A DNA stretch of 64,000 nucleotides, taken from contig CBDATQ010000001.1 in NCBI GenBank assembly GCA_965199955.1, positions 1,312,001 to 1,376,000 of the forward strand, in the 5' to 3' direction. The stretch comes from Spirochaetia bacterium. Lineage in GTDB: Bacteria; Spirochaetota; Spirochaetia; SZUA-6; Bin103. The notes beneath the pieces are model-generated. The model was not told the origin of the DNA and ran no database searches. It saw only the letters and a list, made by a program, of their open reading frames with translations. This document shows, in pieces, positions 37,057-47,739 of the stretch. Within the stretch, counting starts at the first letter, position 1; each line of letters begins with the position of its first letter. The translations under genes and the position numbers were made by a program.

Positions 37057-38875
37057 TTACGGCGGTTCCGAGGACTTGCCCGGCAGCGGCGATACGACGT
37101 CGCGGGACAGCCCCAGCTCCGCCACGTCGTAGCGGTGCAGGAAGCCGTCCTCGGTTCCCACGATCAGGGCCGGCGAACCGTTCCAGTCGATGACGATCGG
37201 CGCGCAACTGTGGCATCCGAACAGCAACGGGCTACCGTCCCGGTCGACCAACGCCGAGGCCGCTCCCCACACGGGCGCCGGGGGTGCCGACGTTGTCGAT
37301 CAGGACGACGCCGGCACCGACGTTCGCTTCCTGCGAGAGCTGGTACAGATCGCGGTGGGTGGGGAGAAGCTTGCAGTGCGTGCCGATCAGCAGCTCCAGG
37401 AGCCCGTCTCCGTCCCAGTCGTACGCGAACAGCTTCGACCGGCCGATGAAGGTGAACTCCGGGAACTTGTTGGGGCCGCCGACGTACAGCGGCTCGCCGG
37501 ACTCCGTGGGCACCCGGCCGCGCCTCGAATCCCGGGAATCAGCCAGTACTGCCCGGTGATGCAGCCCAGGATCAGGTCCGGCACCCCCGGTTCAGACCAC
37601 TCGGTTGCCGCCGGCCCCACGTAGCCCCAGGTCAGCTCCTCCGGGCCCTGCACCGAGCCCGACGGGCCGGCCACGAGACGGAACGGCCTGCCTCCGGCCG
37701 TGATGGCGGCAGGCGGCGCGAACGCCGGCTCGCCGCCCGCGGCAGTGTCGCGCAGGTGGAGGATCTCGCCACTGGCGTTGCCGCAGTACAGGTCCAGACG
37801 GCCCGTCGGCGAGAGGACGGGCGTCGGGACGGCCAGGACGCCGGCCTTGATGATGTCGCGTTCCTGCCGAACCCGGACCGGCTGGGCGAACGCGGCGCCG
37901 TCGTTGACGGCCACGTAGAGGTAGCCGTCCTCCATCGCGCAGAGCAGGTCGGGGTACCCGTTCCCGGTCAGGTCGTGCTCGCCGATGCTGGCGATGCAGC
38001 CGGGAAAGCCCAGCGGCCGGCCGTCCTTGGTGGGGATGCCGCAGGACTCCAGCCTGTCGGCTTCCAGCGCCGCCACCGGCCCCTGGGCGGCCACCGCCGC
38101 CGCGTCGAGCACCCAGTCGTACAGACCGCCGCGGAAGTCGGCCACGAGCAGGTGCGTTTCCCCGTCGCGATAGGCCGCACCAGCAGCGGGGACGCGCGGC
38201 CGTCCACGAGCACCGGCGACGGCGGATCACCGGCGTGGACGGTCTGCAGCCGATCGTAACGCGGAGCGGACCCGCCCACGTTGCGGGCAACGTAGACGTG
38301 GCCCGTCACGTTTCTCCCGCGCCACACGCCGTCGAGGTAGCGGACGCGCAGATCCTCCGGGAACGGCAGGTCCGGGTTCCATTGACCGGGCACGGGTTGC
38401 CTCTGCCGCCAGTCGTTGTCGCCGAGCAGCAGGTGGGGGGCCGCGGCGGTGCCGGGCTCGGCCAGGAGCTGCACCGTGCCTAGGCCCTTGCTTGCCTCGG
38501 GCTCGGGGAACGATGCGCTCCCTGCCGGCCGAAGGTCCAACCGGCGTCGTACGACGCGATAGCGCCGCAGGTCCCCGCCCGCGAACGATCACAGCTCCAG
38601 CGGCGGGCCGTCGTCCGCGGTCCTGAGCGCCGCCACCCGCTTCTGCCCGCGCCGCTCGACCGACGACCATCCCAGGTTCTCGTCGATCGCGGCGTTGGCG
38701 GGCAGCCCATAGCACGGCAGCCCTCGGTCGTCCCGGCCGGCCATCGTCCAGATGTCGGTGCCGACCATCAGGTCCAGCAGTCGCCGCGCTGCAGGATGAG
38801 CGGCGGCGCGGTCCCGAGCCCGTAGCCGAGTTCGACCGGACCGTCGCTGCGATACTGCAGAACCCGCTCGTTCAT
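37057..38875 (-). pseudogene. FG-GAP/VCBS-repeat protein with multiple frameshifts
   Basis: ATG 38875 overlaps the sulfatase stop; repeats DLTGNGYPDLL, EWSEPGVPDLILG, DWDGDGLLELLIG, DWNG..ALIVGTEDG spread over several frames. Confidence 0.7.
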
Positions 38876-40341
38876 GGCTGCCTCCCCGGCCGCGTCTGCT
38901 CGTCGAGTATCCGCGGGCCGACCGGGGCGAGGCGCAGGATCGGGTAGTGCGAGTTGAAGAGCGCGCGGTCGCCGGTGTCGCGCACGATCTGCCACGCGTA
39001 GCGCATGAGGGCTGCGACCTGATCCTGCCGGTCGGGATCGTCGATCAGGTTGCGCATCTCGTAGGGGTCGTCGTCGAGGTGGTAGAGCTCGTCGAAGTCG
39101 AAGCCGTTCCAGACGAGCTTCCACGGGCCGTCCCAGACGATTCGTTGCGTCAGCCGGTAGCGGCCGCCGTGGTACTCGGCGAAGCCGCGGGCGAACTCAC
39201 CGGCGTGGCGCTCGTCGGCGAGTACCGTGCGGAACGAGCGCGAGTCCGGCGCGCCGATGGGTGGCAGCCCGGCCAGCTCCAGCAGGGTCGGCGCCAGGTC
39301 GTGCAGGCCGACCCGCGCCTCGCTCACGACTCCCTGGCCGACGCCGGGGCCTGAAATCACCAGCGGGACCTGGTAGACTTCTTCGAATCCGCTGACGTTC
39401 TTGCAGTACAGCCCGTGCGCGCCGAGCAGCTCGCCGTGGTCGCTGGTCAGCACGACGATCGTGTCGTCGAGCCGGCCGGCGGCGTCGACCAGATCGATCA
39501 GGCTGCCGAACTGGGTGTCGATCTCCGTGATCGACGCGTAGTAGCAGGCGGCGGCCTCACGCCGCTGCCGGTCGGTCATGCCGCGCCAGGTCCTGCCCGC
39601 CTTGCGGTAGATGCCGGGCTGGCCCGCCAGGTCGTCGTGCACGTTGGGCTGCAGGGAGATGCTGTCCACGTCGTAAACGGCGTACGCGGCCTCGCCGGTG
39701 ACGAACGGGTCATGGGGCTCGGTCACGCTCACAAAGCAGCACCACGGATCGTCGCCGGAGGCGGCATCCTGCAGGAATTCGCGCGCGAGCGCCGTGGCGA
39801 CGCCGACGCCCCGCCGTTCCGGGGGAGTGTCGGTCACGCCGTACAGCAGCGTCCGGTCATAGCCGGGCGGATGGTCGTTGGTCCCGCGCAGGCTGAAGGC
39901 GCCGGTGTCCTTCGTGGCCGCTCCCGTTGCCCGTTGCGCGTCCTTGTACAGCGCGTTCTTCGTGCCGCCGTCCACCTCCCAGCCGAAGCGGCGCGGGTCG
40001 TCGCTGCGCTCCACGTGCCACTTGCCGAAGTAGCCGGTGCGGTAGCCGGCCGCCTGCAGCCGCTGCGCCCAGTGCGGATGTTCCGTGCGGAGGTTGCACT
40101 GGTCGTCGTCCACGCAGTGGGTGACCTCCAGCACGCCGTGGGAGTGCGGGAGCAGTCCGGTCATCAGGCTGGCCCGCGCGGGCGAGCAGACGGCGTTGGG
40201 CGTGTATGCACGCGGGAAGCGCACGCCGCGCGCTGCGAGGCGATCGAAGTGCGGGGTCTGGCAGGGACTGCCGGGATCCAGCACGCGGCCCTGCATCTGG
40301 TCGGTCATCAGGAACAGGATGTTCGGTCGATTGGCGCTCAT
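38872..40341 (-). CDS. Cys-type sulfatase
   Basis: RPNILFLMTDQ, CSPAR, GKWH, EPHDP, SDHGE, ELY.L..DP.E..NL. Confidence 0.93.
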   Translation of the reverse strand: MSANRPNILFLMTDQMQGRVLDPGSPCQTPHFDRLAARGVRFPRAYTPNAVCSPARASLMTGLLPHSHGVLEVTHCVDDDQCNLRTEHPHWAQRLQAAGYRTGYFGKWHVERSDDPRRFGWEVDGGTKNALYKDAQRATGAATKDTGAFSLRGTNDHPPGYDRTLLYGVTDTPPERRGVGVATALAREFLQDAASGDDPWCCFVSVTEPHDPFVTGEAAYAVYDVDSISLQPNVHDDLAGQPGIYRKAGRTWRGMTDRQRREAAACYYASITEIDTQFGSLIDLVDAAGRLDDTIVVLTSDHGELLGAHGLYCKNVSGFEEVYQVPLVISGPGVGQGVVSEARVGLHDLAPTLLELAGLPPIGAPDSRSFRTVLADERHAGEFARGFAEYHGGRYRLTQRIVWDGPWKLVWNGFDFDELYHLDDDPYEMRNLIDDPDRQDQVAALMRYAWQIVRDTGDRALFNSHYPILRLAPVGPRILDEQTRPGRQP

Positions 40342-40419
40342 CCCTCGCAGGGTAGCGCGGTGCCCCGAAGGCGGCGAGCAGAGTTGCGCCGAGCTGACGG
40401 TCTACGACCCCTGGAAGCG

Positions 40420-43400
40420 CTACGAGTGCTCCGGCCCAGCCTCCTCGAGCGCGGCGAGGACGGTGGGGACGTAGCGCATCTGGCTGGACAGTTGCTTGCC
40501 GAGGTCGCGGTGGCCCTCCAGGTCGGGCATGACGCCGATCGCGGGCAGGGCGCGGTGCAGGCAGCGTCCGATCTCGGGATCGCCGGAGACGGCGAACGCG
40601 TCGGCCACTCCTTCGATGATGATCTGGGTGCCAAAAACCTCGCCCTCGGCGATGCGCTGCATGGTCTTGCAGCTTCCGCCGATGAAGTGGCCGGTCTTCT
40701 CGTCGAAGGTCTCGCGGACCAGCCAGCGTCCGCCGGCGAGGATGGCGGCGGACGCCTCGTCCTCGTGCGTGAGATCGTAGTAGCGCTTCAGGGCGGACAG
40801 CAGGACGGTGACCATGAAGGCGATGTTGCCGCGGCAGTGAGGGTAGCCGCACCAGCAGTGGCCGGAGGTGAGCATCCGCGTCCAGCCTCCCGAGGCGTCC
40901 TGCTTCTCCAGGATGCGGCGGACGACGACGGCGGCGCCGTTGGCGGCGCGGCGGTCGCCGGTGGCGGAGGCCAGCATCGTCAGGTGGATGAGGTGCCAGC
41001 CGGCCTCGCGCACGGCGCTGAACTCGTAGTGGTCCAGCCGCTCGGGCTGCAGGAGCCAACCGGCGGAGCGCAGCAGCGAGTCGCGCACCGACTCGTCCCC
41101 GGTCAGGAGGAAGTGCAGCAGCGGGCCTTCCGCCCACATGTGCGAGGGGGTGCCACGGGTGCCGGGGACCTTGCTGCGGAAGTAGGGCGGCAGGTAGCCG
41201 CCCAGATGGGCGGGCATGTGCATCGGCTGCAGCCCGACGTGTCGCGGGTCGTGGAAGGCGTTGACGGTATCGACGTCGGCCAGGTGCCGGGCCGACTGCG
41301 CGCCCCACGTGGCCCAGCCGGGCTCGCCGCCGCGCAGGAACTCCCAGTAGGCGCAGTAGGGGGTGTCGTACTCGTTGTTGCCCCAGCACCAGTCTCCCTC
41401 GCCGTACCAGTCGCCGAAATTCGCGTGGCCGTAGGCGCGCCAGTGCTCCTGGTCCTCGTGGAACTGGCGCAGCGCTTCGGCGGCGAACCGCTCGTAGCGC
41501 GGCTGCGCCGAGCCCTCCTTGGCGGCGAGCCGCGGCAGCGCCCCGGTCGCATTGGCGTAGGCGAGGCCGGGGCGGGCCGCGACCGGCGTCTCCAGCCACT
41601 CGAACAGGGGCGCGATGGCGTCGCGGTCGGCTCCGTCGGGCGGCAGGGCGAGAAGCAGTTCCGTGGTCAGCGCCATGCCCTCGCGCAGCACGTAGCGCCC
41701 ATCCTGCAGCCACCGGTAGAGCCGCTGCCACGCTTCCTCGTCGCCGGGCAGCTCCTCGCCGGAGAGCTCCGGCAGGAGCTCGAGTCGTACGGCGTCGCCG
41801 CTGACGGCAACGCCCTTGGGATAGCTCTGCCAGAAGTTTCGGATCCCGGCGGCAAGCGTGTGGCCGGTGGCCGAGCTCACGCGGAGGTAGCCGGAGGTGC
41901 GCCCGTCGCGGCGCTGCCGGCCGGCGGGGGTGACGATGTCATGGGCAAGGTCGTGCTCGTGGCGCAGGCTCCAGGAGTGGTCGTCCGGGATTTCGAACCG
42001 CTCGCCGGCCAGCTCGACGGCGGCTGCGGCGAACGGAACCTCCAGCGTGCAGGAGTGGACGCCGAGCAGGGCCTGCTCCTCGTCCACGCCGGGCTCGAAT
42101 ACGGGATCGGCGTCCGGGTCCGAGCACAGCACCACCAGCCGGTGGTCGATCTTCACGAACGGCTGCTCGGCGTAGACGTGGATGCGCAACTCGCTGCGCA
42201 GCCGGGCGTGTCCGGCCGCGTCCCGGTGGACGGCGTCACAGCGCAGCGTGGTGCGCAGTGGACCGGCGTGCTCGACGGACGCCGAGGTAGCGGCGGCATC
42301 GAGCGGCGTGCCGTCGGCCAGCTCCACGCGAAGCGCCCGATTGAGGCGGCCGCCGGCAAGCGGTGGGCCGCTGGCGGTCGGCTCGAGGAGGAGCCAGTCC
42401 TCGGCGTCTGGCTGCACGGACACCCGCAGCATCCGGCCGGCCACCGCGACGGCGCCGCCGTCGCGCCGCTCCACGCTGATCGCTCCGTCCGCGTTCGGTG
42501 CTGCGGCGGCGCTCAGCAGGACGCGGCAGTCTGCGCGGGCGCCGGGCTGGAGCGGGGGAGGCACGGCGGCGTCCACCAGCACCCAGCGGGCCGAGCCGTC
42601 GGGCCAGCGGCTGTGGATGCGGGCCTGGGCGGCCGAGGCGTCGTCGGGGCCGTCGCCCCATGCGAGCCGGGCGTCGCCGGCCGAGAAGAGCGCGCCGCGG
42701 GAGACCGGCACGCCGAAGGTGAGCGGCAGCCCGGCCAGCGACGCGGCGGCGCCGGTGTCGCACAGCTCCACCTTCGCCTCGATCGGTGACACGGCGTTCG
42801 GCGAGCGCGGCTTGGGCCGGCTCGTGCTGAACTCGCAGACCGACTCGGTGGTATCGCCGTCCTGCTCGGTTGCCGTCAGCCGTGCGGTCCAGGTCCGGTC
42901 GAGCGGCAGGCCGGCAAGCGGGATCGCGTGCAGGGTCGAGGGGCCGTCCGGGGCGGACTTCACGACCGTCGACCCGGTTGGGTCCTGAACGGACACGGCG
43001 ACCGCCGAGGGCGGAAAGGTCAGGCAGTGGACGGCGGCGGCAGCGGCATCGCCGTCAGTGTCGACCTCCACGTGCAGGCGCTCGATGGCCGGCGCGAACG
43101 CGCTGGGCTCCGGGGCCTCGGCCAGCAGGATGAAGCGCTCGATCCGGCACTCGCCGCGCCCGTCACTCGCGAACTGAACCCACTTGACCCGATCGTCGAA
43201 CAGAATCGGCCGGTCGATGACGATGAGGTGCCGCCGGTTGTCGTGGCGTCGCGGCTCGATCCGTCCCACGTCTTCGGAGCCCAGGCTGAGCTCCAGCGGG
43301 AACTCCTCGCCTGCCTTGTCGTAGATGAGGGCAGCCAGGTAGTAGGGGCCGGGCAGCTTCGGGTTCCGGGGCGGCACGCGGAAACGGTGGCGGACGGTGG

Positions 43401-43608
43401 TGGTGATGCCGGCCGCCGCGACGGCGGGCGGACGGTAGATGCTGTAGTTGGCGTAGCTGGTCAGCCCCAGGTCGGGGACCCAGCCGTCCATCGACTCGCT
43501 GTCGATCGCCGGCCAGGAGTGGTTTTCGGGCGCGGCCAGCAGCGCCTCTATCCGCGACTCATCGGCGACGTCGATGTGCGGGATGAGCTCCATCGGGCGC
43601 CCCGTCAT
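40420..43608 (-). CDS. Large YetA/PL26-like multidomain protein, paralogue of 27049-30327
   Basis: PLTFGVP..RG, RWPDGSARW, NFWQ.YPK, G..NFGD...WGNNEYD, H..DVD, HLGGYLPP.F, PSHMW; colinear with the 27049 protein. Confidence 0.65.
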   Translation of the reverse strand: MTGRPMELIPHIDVADESRIEALLAAPENHSWPAIDSESMDGWVPDLGLTSYANYSIYRPPAVAAAGITTTVRHRFRVPPRNPKLPGPYYLAALIYDKAGEEFPLELSLGSEDVGRIEPRRHDNRRHLIVIDRPILFDDRVKWVQFASDGRGECRIERFILLAEAPEPSAFAPAIERLHVEVDTDGDAAAAAVHCLTFPPSAVAVSVQDPTGSTVVKSAPDGPSTLHAIPLAGLPLDRTWTARLTATEQDGDTTESVCEFSTSRPKPRSPNAVSPIEAKVELCDTGAAASLAGLPLTFGVPVSRGALFSAGDARLAWGDGPDDASAAQARIHSRWPDGSARWVLVDAAVPPPLQPGARADCRVLLSAAAAPNADGAISVERRDGGAVAVAGRMLRVSVQPDAEDWLLLEPTASGPPLAGGRLNRALRVELADGTPLDAAATSASVEHAGPLRTTLRCDAVHRDAAGHARLRSELRIHVYAEQPFVKIDHRLVVLCSDPDADPVFEPGVDEEQALLGVHSCTLEVPFAAAAVELAGERFEIPDDHSWSLRHEHDLAHDIVTPAGRQRRDGRTSGYLRVSSATGHTLAAGIRNFWQSYPKGVAVSGDAVRLELLPELSGEELPGDEEAWQRLYRWLQDGRYVLREGMALTTELLLALPPDGADRDAIAPLFEWLETPVAARPGLAYANATGALPRLAAKEGSAQPRYERFAAEALRQFHEDQEHWRAYGHANFGDWYGEGDWCWGNNEYDTPYCAYWEFLRGGEPGWATWGAQSARHLADVDTVNAFHDPRHVGLQPMHMPAHLGGYLPPYFRSKVPGTRGTPSHMWAEGPLLHFLLTGDESVRDSLLRSAGWLLQPERLDHYEFSAVREAGWHLIHLTMLASATGDRRAANGAAVVVRRILEKQDASGGWTRMLTSGHCWCGYPHCRGNIAFMVTVLLSALKRYYDLTHEDEASAAILAGGRWLVRETFDEKTGHFIGGSCKTMQRIAEGEVFGTQIIIEGVADAFAVSGDPEIGRCLHRALPAIGVMPDLEGHRDLGKQLSSQMRYVPTVLAALEEAGPEHS

Positions 43609-43609
43609 C

Positions 43610-44776
43610 TCAGGCGGGGATGTGGTCGGCGGCTGTCGCGTGCAGCAGCCAGAGCATGGCAGTGGTGATCACGCCCGAGGGCGGGACCACGCGCACGTCG
43701 TACCCCGGCAGGGTGATGCTCGCGTCGCCGTAGCGCCAGTAGGCGTTGACGTGGATCTCGCCCGGGTGGGGGTAGATGCTCTCGATCTCCCTGCCGCCCA
43801 GGATCCATGCCGACCGCTCGACGGTCGCGCGAGCGGCGGGCAGCTCGTCGTCCGGAAAGGTGTAGTAGCCGTTGTATATGAAGAAGTCGCCCGCCTGCAG
43901 GTCGGCCGTCTCGTCCCGCTCCGGGAAGATCAGCCGGAAAAAGCCGGGGTCTCCTGTCAGCCCGCGCTGGGCGTACAGATTGTGTCCGATCGAGGCGCAC
44001 CACACCGCGTGCCCGGCCGCGCGCGTGGCGGCGGCGACGGCGCCGATCTCGGCGATCTTGCCCAGCTCGGTCGCTCGGATGCCGATCAGGCAGCGGAGCC
44101 ACTCGGACAAGAGTTCGCGACCCTTCTGGCCGGCCGGCGACGGCACGATCGTGTACTCGCCGGGGTCGTGGAAAGCCTTGCCCTCGTGCTGGGCGTTGCG
44201 GTCCAGGCCGGTGGCGAGGCCGCCGCTCATCAGGAACACCGGCTCCCTGCCGAGCGCCGCGCAGGCGTTGGCCAGCTCGATGCACCAGAGCCACCCGGCG
44301 GAGATGTTGAGGGCGCTGGCCAGCGGGCAGATGGTCGCATCGCCATAGGGGAGGACCGGCGCGTTGCCGGCCGGCAAACCGGTGTCGATGAAGGCGGCCA
44401 CCTTCGGACGCAGGGGCGAGTCCGCGGAGCCGATCAGCGTGACCGCAACGCCGCGCTCGGCCAGGCCTTCGAGGAGCGCCCCCTGGCGGTCGGCGGCGTT
44501 GTCCTGCGTGGCCGCGATGACGACGTCTTCCGGGGAGACGCCGTCGTCGAGGGCGAACGTCTCGCCGCCGGGGATGCCGCGCACCATCATCAGGCCGGAC
44601 GCGCGGTGCTGCAGCTCGCTGACGAACCCCTCCTCGTCGCTGAGCGCCCACACCCGGCCGCCCGCGCAGGCGCGCTCGGCGGCTCGGGTGGCCGCGGCCG
44701 CGATCGAAGGAAGCTGCCGCTCCAGGCGGGTGAGCCCGGCCTGCACGGCGTCGAGATATTTTTGGGCAAGTGTCAT
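43610..44776 (-). CDS. Hypothetical protein with probable tandem SIS (sugar isomerase) domains
   Basis: Two similar halves (…GGRVW…EL.HRASGL…IDTG…CP.AS…W; …GH.VW…GH…YGDA…PPSG…W); start ATG 44776. Confidence 0.55.
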   Translation of the reverse strand: MTLAQKYLDAVQAGLTRLERQLPSIAAAATRAAERACAGGRVWALSDEEGFVSELQHRASGLMMVRGIPGGETFALDDGVSPEDVVIAATQDNAADRQGALLEGLAERGVAVTLIGSADSPLRPKVAAFIDTGLPAGNAPVLPYGDATICPLASALNISAGWLWCIELANACAALGREPVFLMSGGLATGLDRNAQHEGKAFHDPGEYTIVPSPAGQKGRELLSEWLRCLIGIRATELGKIAEIGAVAAATRAAGHAVWCASIGHNLYAQRGLTGDPGFFRLIFPERDETADLQAGDFFIYNGYYTFPDDELPAARATVERSAWILGGREIESIYPHPGEIHVNAYWRYGDASITLPGYDVRVVPPSGVITTAMLWLLHATAADHIPA

Positions 44777-44821
44777 CGGTGTGCTCGTGCGGCAGTGTAG
44801 CATCGGGACGAGGGGACAGGC

Positions 44822-45463
44822 ATGAGATTCTGGATCGAAGATGGCGAGACGATGCTGTTCATCGGGGACAGCATCACCGACTGCGGCCGGCGGGCGGAGG
44901 CGGCGCCGCTGGGTGACGGGTACGTCCGCCTGTTCGCGGAGCTGACCACGGCAGCTCATCCGGAGCGGAAGATCCGGTACGTCAACAAGGGGATTGGCGG
45001 CAATCGCGTGACCGACCTGCAGGACCGATGGACCGACGACGTGCTCTATCACAAGCCGGACCGGCTGTCGGTCAAGATCGGCATCAACGATCTGCACAGC
45101 GTCCTGCGCGACGACCCGGATGCTGTGCCTCCCGAACGATTCGAGGAGATCTACGACGCCGTGCTGGAGCGGACGCGCCGGTCGCTGAACTGCCCGATCG
45201 TCCTGATCACGCCCTTCTACATCTCGGTCGAGACGACGGCGGACTCGTTCCGCCGCCAAGTGCTCGACCTGCTCCCGGCCTACATCGAGGTCGTCGAGCG
45301 CATGAGCGCAAGGTTCGGCACGCGGCTCGTGCGGCTGCACGATGTCTTCCGGGAGCAGTTGAGGTATCGGGATTCGGACACGTTCTGCCCGGAGCCGGTC
45401 CATCCCAACGGGGCCGGCCACCTGGTCATCGCGCGCGCCTTGTTCGACGCGCTGTCCGCCTGA
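44822..45463 (+). CDS. SGNH/GDSL hydrolase (esterase)
   Basis: FIGDSITD, N.GIGGN, IGIND, EPVHP..GH. Confidence 0.9.
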   Translation: MRFWIEDGETMLFIGDSITDCGRRAEAAPLGDGYVRLFAELTTAAHPERKIRYVNKGIGGNRVTDLQDRWTDDVLYHKPDRLSVKIGINDLHSVLRDDPDAVPPERFEEIYDAVLERTRRSLNCPIVLITPFYISVETTADSFRRQVLDLLPAYIEVVERMSARFGTRLVRLHDVFREQLRYRDSDTFCPEPVHPNGAGHLVIARALFDALSA

Positions 45464-45487
45464 GCCGGGGTTCCCGGCGAATCGGAT

Positions 45488-46295
45488 CTACTTCGCCAGG
45501 CCGGTGAGCGCCGCGCTGACGCGCCAGAGCTCACGGGCCTGGCGCCGGTTGCCGGCCAGGGCCGAGGCGCGCGCGGCGCCGGTCGACGAAGTAGGCGCCG
45601 GTGACGTGCGCGACCTCCGGGTCCAGGGCGAGATGGACCGGCGTGCGCGCGCCGGTCTCCACCGGACTGCCGCCGCCGAAGTTGACGTGCAGCAGCTTGG
45701 TGTCGATCACGCCGGGGTGCAGGAAGTTGGCGGTCACCTCGGCGGCGTCCACGCGGCGGGCCAGCTCGCAAGTGAACAGCGCGTTGGCCAGCTTGGAGTT
45801 GCAGTAGGCCTGCCAGCCGTCGAAGCGGCGCTCCATCTGCAGGTCGTCGAGGTCGATGCGGCCGCTGCCATGGACGCCGGAGCTGACGTTGACGATGCGC
45901 GCGGGAGCGCTCTCCCGGAGCCGTTCGAGCAGCAGGGTGGTCAGCAGGAACGGCGCGAGGTGGTTGACGGCGAAGGTGCTCTCGTAGCCGTCGGCGGACA
46001 GGCGCCGGCTGCGGACGGCGATGCCGGCGTTGTTGATCAGCACGTCGAGCCGCGGGCAGGTGTCGAGGACTCGCTCGGCCATCGCCCGCACCTCGGCCAG
46101 GGAGCCGAGGTCGCCGGCCACCCACGTCACGTCCGGGCTTCCGGTGGCGGCGGCCACCTCCTGCGCCGCCTCACGCGCGCGCTGCTCGTCGCGGCCGTGC
46201 ACGATCACGGCGCAGCCGCGCCCGGCCAGCGCGCTGGCGGTGGCGCGGCCGATGCCGTCGGTGCTGCCGGTGACCAGGACCGTCTTCGCGGCCAC
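45488..46295 (-). CDS. SDR, retinol-dehydrogenase-like; probable frameshift near the C-terminus (~45570)
   Basis: VTGSTDGIG, NNAG, FAVNHL..F, YCNSKLAN, HPG; conserved ...ARELWRVS tail lies in another frame after a (gc)n run. Confidence 0.82.
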
Positions 46296-46297
46296 CG

Positions 46298-47083
46298 CTA
46301 GATCACCTCGACGTTGCCGCAGACGCCGAGCGACTGCCCGGAGACGTTGCGGCCGGCTTCCGAGCAGAGGAACAGGATCATGTTGGCGACGTCGCGATTG
46401 CTCACCTTGCGGCGGAGCGACACGTGGCTGACGTACTCCTCGGCCACCTCGTCGAACGTGCGGCCGAGCGCCGCGGCGCGCGCGGTGACCACGCTCTCGA
46501 AGCGTTCGCCGTCGACCACGCCCGGCAGGATGGCGTTCACGCGGATGCCGTCGGGGCCGAGCTCCTTGGCGAGGCTTTGGGTGAAGCCGATGACCGCCCA
46601 CTTGGTCGCCGCGTACACCGACCGGTAGGGGTAGCCGAGCCGTCCGGCGACCGAGGACAGGTTGATGAGCGCGCCGCGCCCCGACGCGCGCAGCGCCGGA
46701 ACCGCCCGCCGTGCGCAGTAGAACTGCGAGTTGAGGTTCACCGCAACGGTGCGCTCCCAGTCCTCGACGGTGATATCCTCGACGGCGGCGGTGGGGCCGG
46801 CGATGCCGGCGTTGTTGACCAGCACGTCGAGCCCGCCGAGGGCATCCAGCGCCGCGTCGAAGAAGGCGTCGACGTGTTCGACCGCCGCCACGTCGACCAC
46901 CGCCGCCGCCGCGTCCGGCAGGGACGCGCGGCACTCGGCGATCGCCTCGGCCGAGATGTCGCACAGGTGCACGCGCGCGCCGTGCTCCAGGAGCCCCTCC
47001 ACGGTGGCGCGGCCGATGCCGCGCGCGCCGGCGGTCACGACCACCCGCAGATCGGGCGGGATACCGGTTTCCGTACCGGTCAC
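46298..47083 (-). CDS. Short-chain dehydrogenase/reductase
   Basis: VTAGARGIG, NNAGIAGP, SS, YAATK, VNAILPG. Confidence 0.92.
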   Translation of the reverse strand: MTGTETGIPPDLRVVVTAGARGIGRATVEGLLEHGARVHLCDISAEAIAECRASLPDAAAAVVDVAAVEHVDAFFDAALDALGGLDVLVNNAGIAGPTAAVEDITVEDWERTVAVNLNSQFYCARRAVPALRASGRGALINLSSVAGRLGYPYRSVYAATKWAVIGFTQSLAKELGPDGIRVNAILPGVVDGERFESVVTARAAALGRTFDEVAEEYVSHVSLRRKVSNRDVANMILFLCSEAGRNVSGQSLGVCGNVEVI

Positions 47084-47681
47084 GGCGTGCCCCGCCGGGA
47101 GCCGCCGTCCATGTAGACGGAGCTGCCGAACACGTAGGAGCAGGCCCCGGACGCCAGGAACACGGTGACCTCCGCGACCTCCTCCGGCTCGGCGATCCGC
47201 CCGGCCGGCAGGGCGCGGCCGGCCTCGGCGATCAGCTCGTCCACGTCGCGTCCCTCCGCCGCGGCGCGGGCCGCGTGCAGCCGCCGTGTCTCATGTACGG
47301 GATCGCGAGCTGCGCCATGCGCAGGTAGCCGTAGCTCTTGAGCGCCAGCGCATCCTCGATTGTCTCCACCGGCAGGCCCAGCACGTCGGCCGCCTGGGCG
47401 GCTCCGGCGCAGTTCACCAGCACGTCCACCCCGGCGAGCGCGGCGGCGCCCTGCTCGACGGCCGCCCGGCAGCCGTCCGCGGTCGAGAGATCGGCCGCCA
47501 CAGCGTGTCCGGCGACGCCCCGGCCGGCGATCTCCTCGACCACCCGGTCCAGGCGGGCCCGGTCGCGCGCCACCACGCAGACGGAGGCGCCTTCGCGTGC
47601 CAGCGCGAGCGCGCACGAACGGCCGATGCCGCGGCTGCCGCCGGTGACGATGGCCCGCTTGCCTTCGAGCTTCAGATCCAT
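47080..47681 (-). pseudogene. SDR with an internal deletion removing the catalytic region
   Basis: MDLKLEGK.AIVTGGSRGIG...NCAG...AIPYMR jumps (frame change near 47290) to T.RL....P.GR...PEEVA....FLAS...MDGG; Ser and YxxxK segment missing. Confidence 0.8.
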
Positions 47682-47739
47682 GACGTGTGCCGTGATTCGC
47701 AGGTGGCCTGCGGGCCGCCGGCAGCCGGTGTCCCGGCCG

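Noticed and set aside
37057..38875. Programmed frameshifting or phase variation in the FG-GAP gene
   Set aside because: Several breaks with no common slippery motif, plus apparent missing segments; decay or error is simpler
40355..40440. Protein-like plus-strand snippet (…CAELTVYDPWKRY…) between the sulfatase and the YetA-like gene
   Set aside because: Too short to support as a gene remnant without a search
39415..42789. 1124-aa plus-strand ORF, and similar long ORFs such as 28012-30060 (-) and 16642-18459 (-)
   Set aside because: Antisense shadows of well-supported genes in high-GC DNA; no motifs, with composition typical of reverse frames
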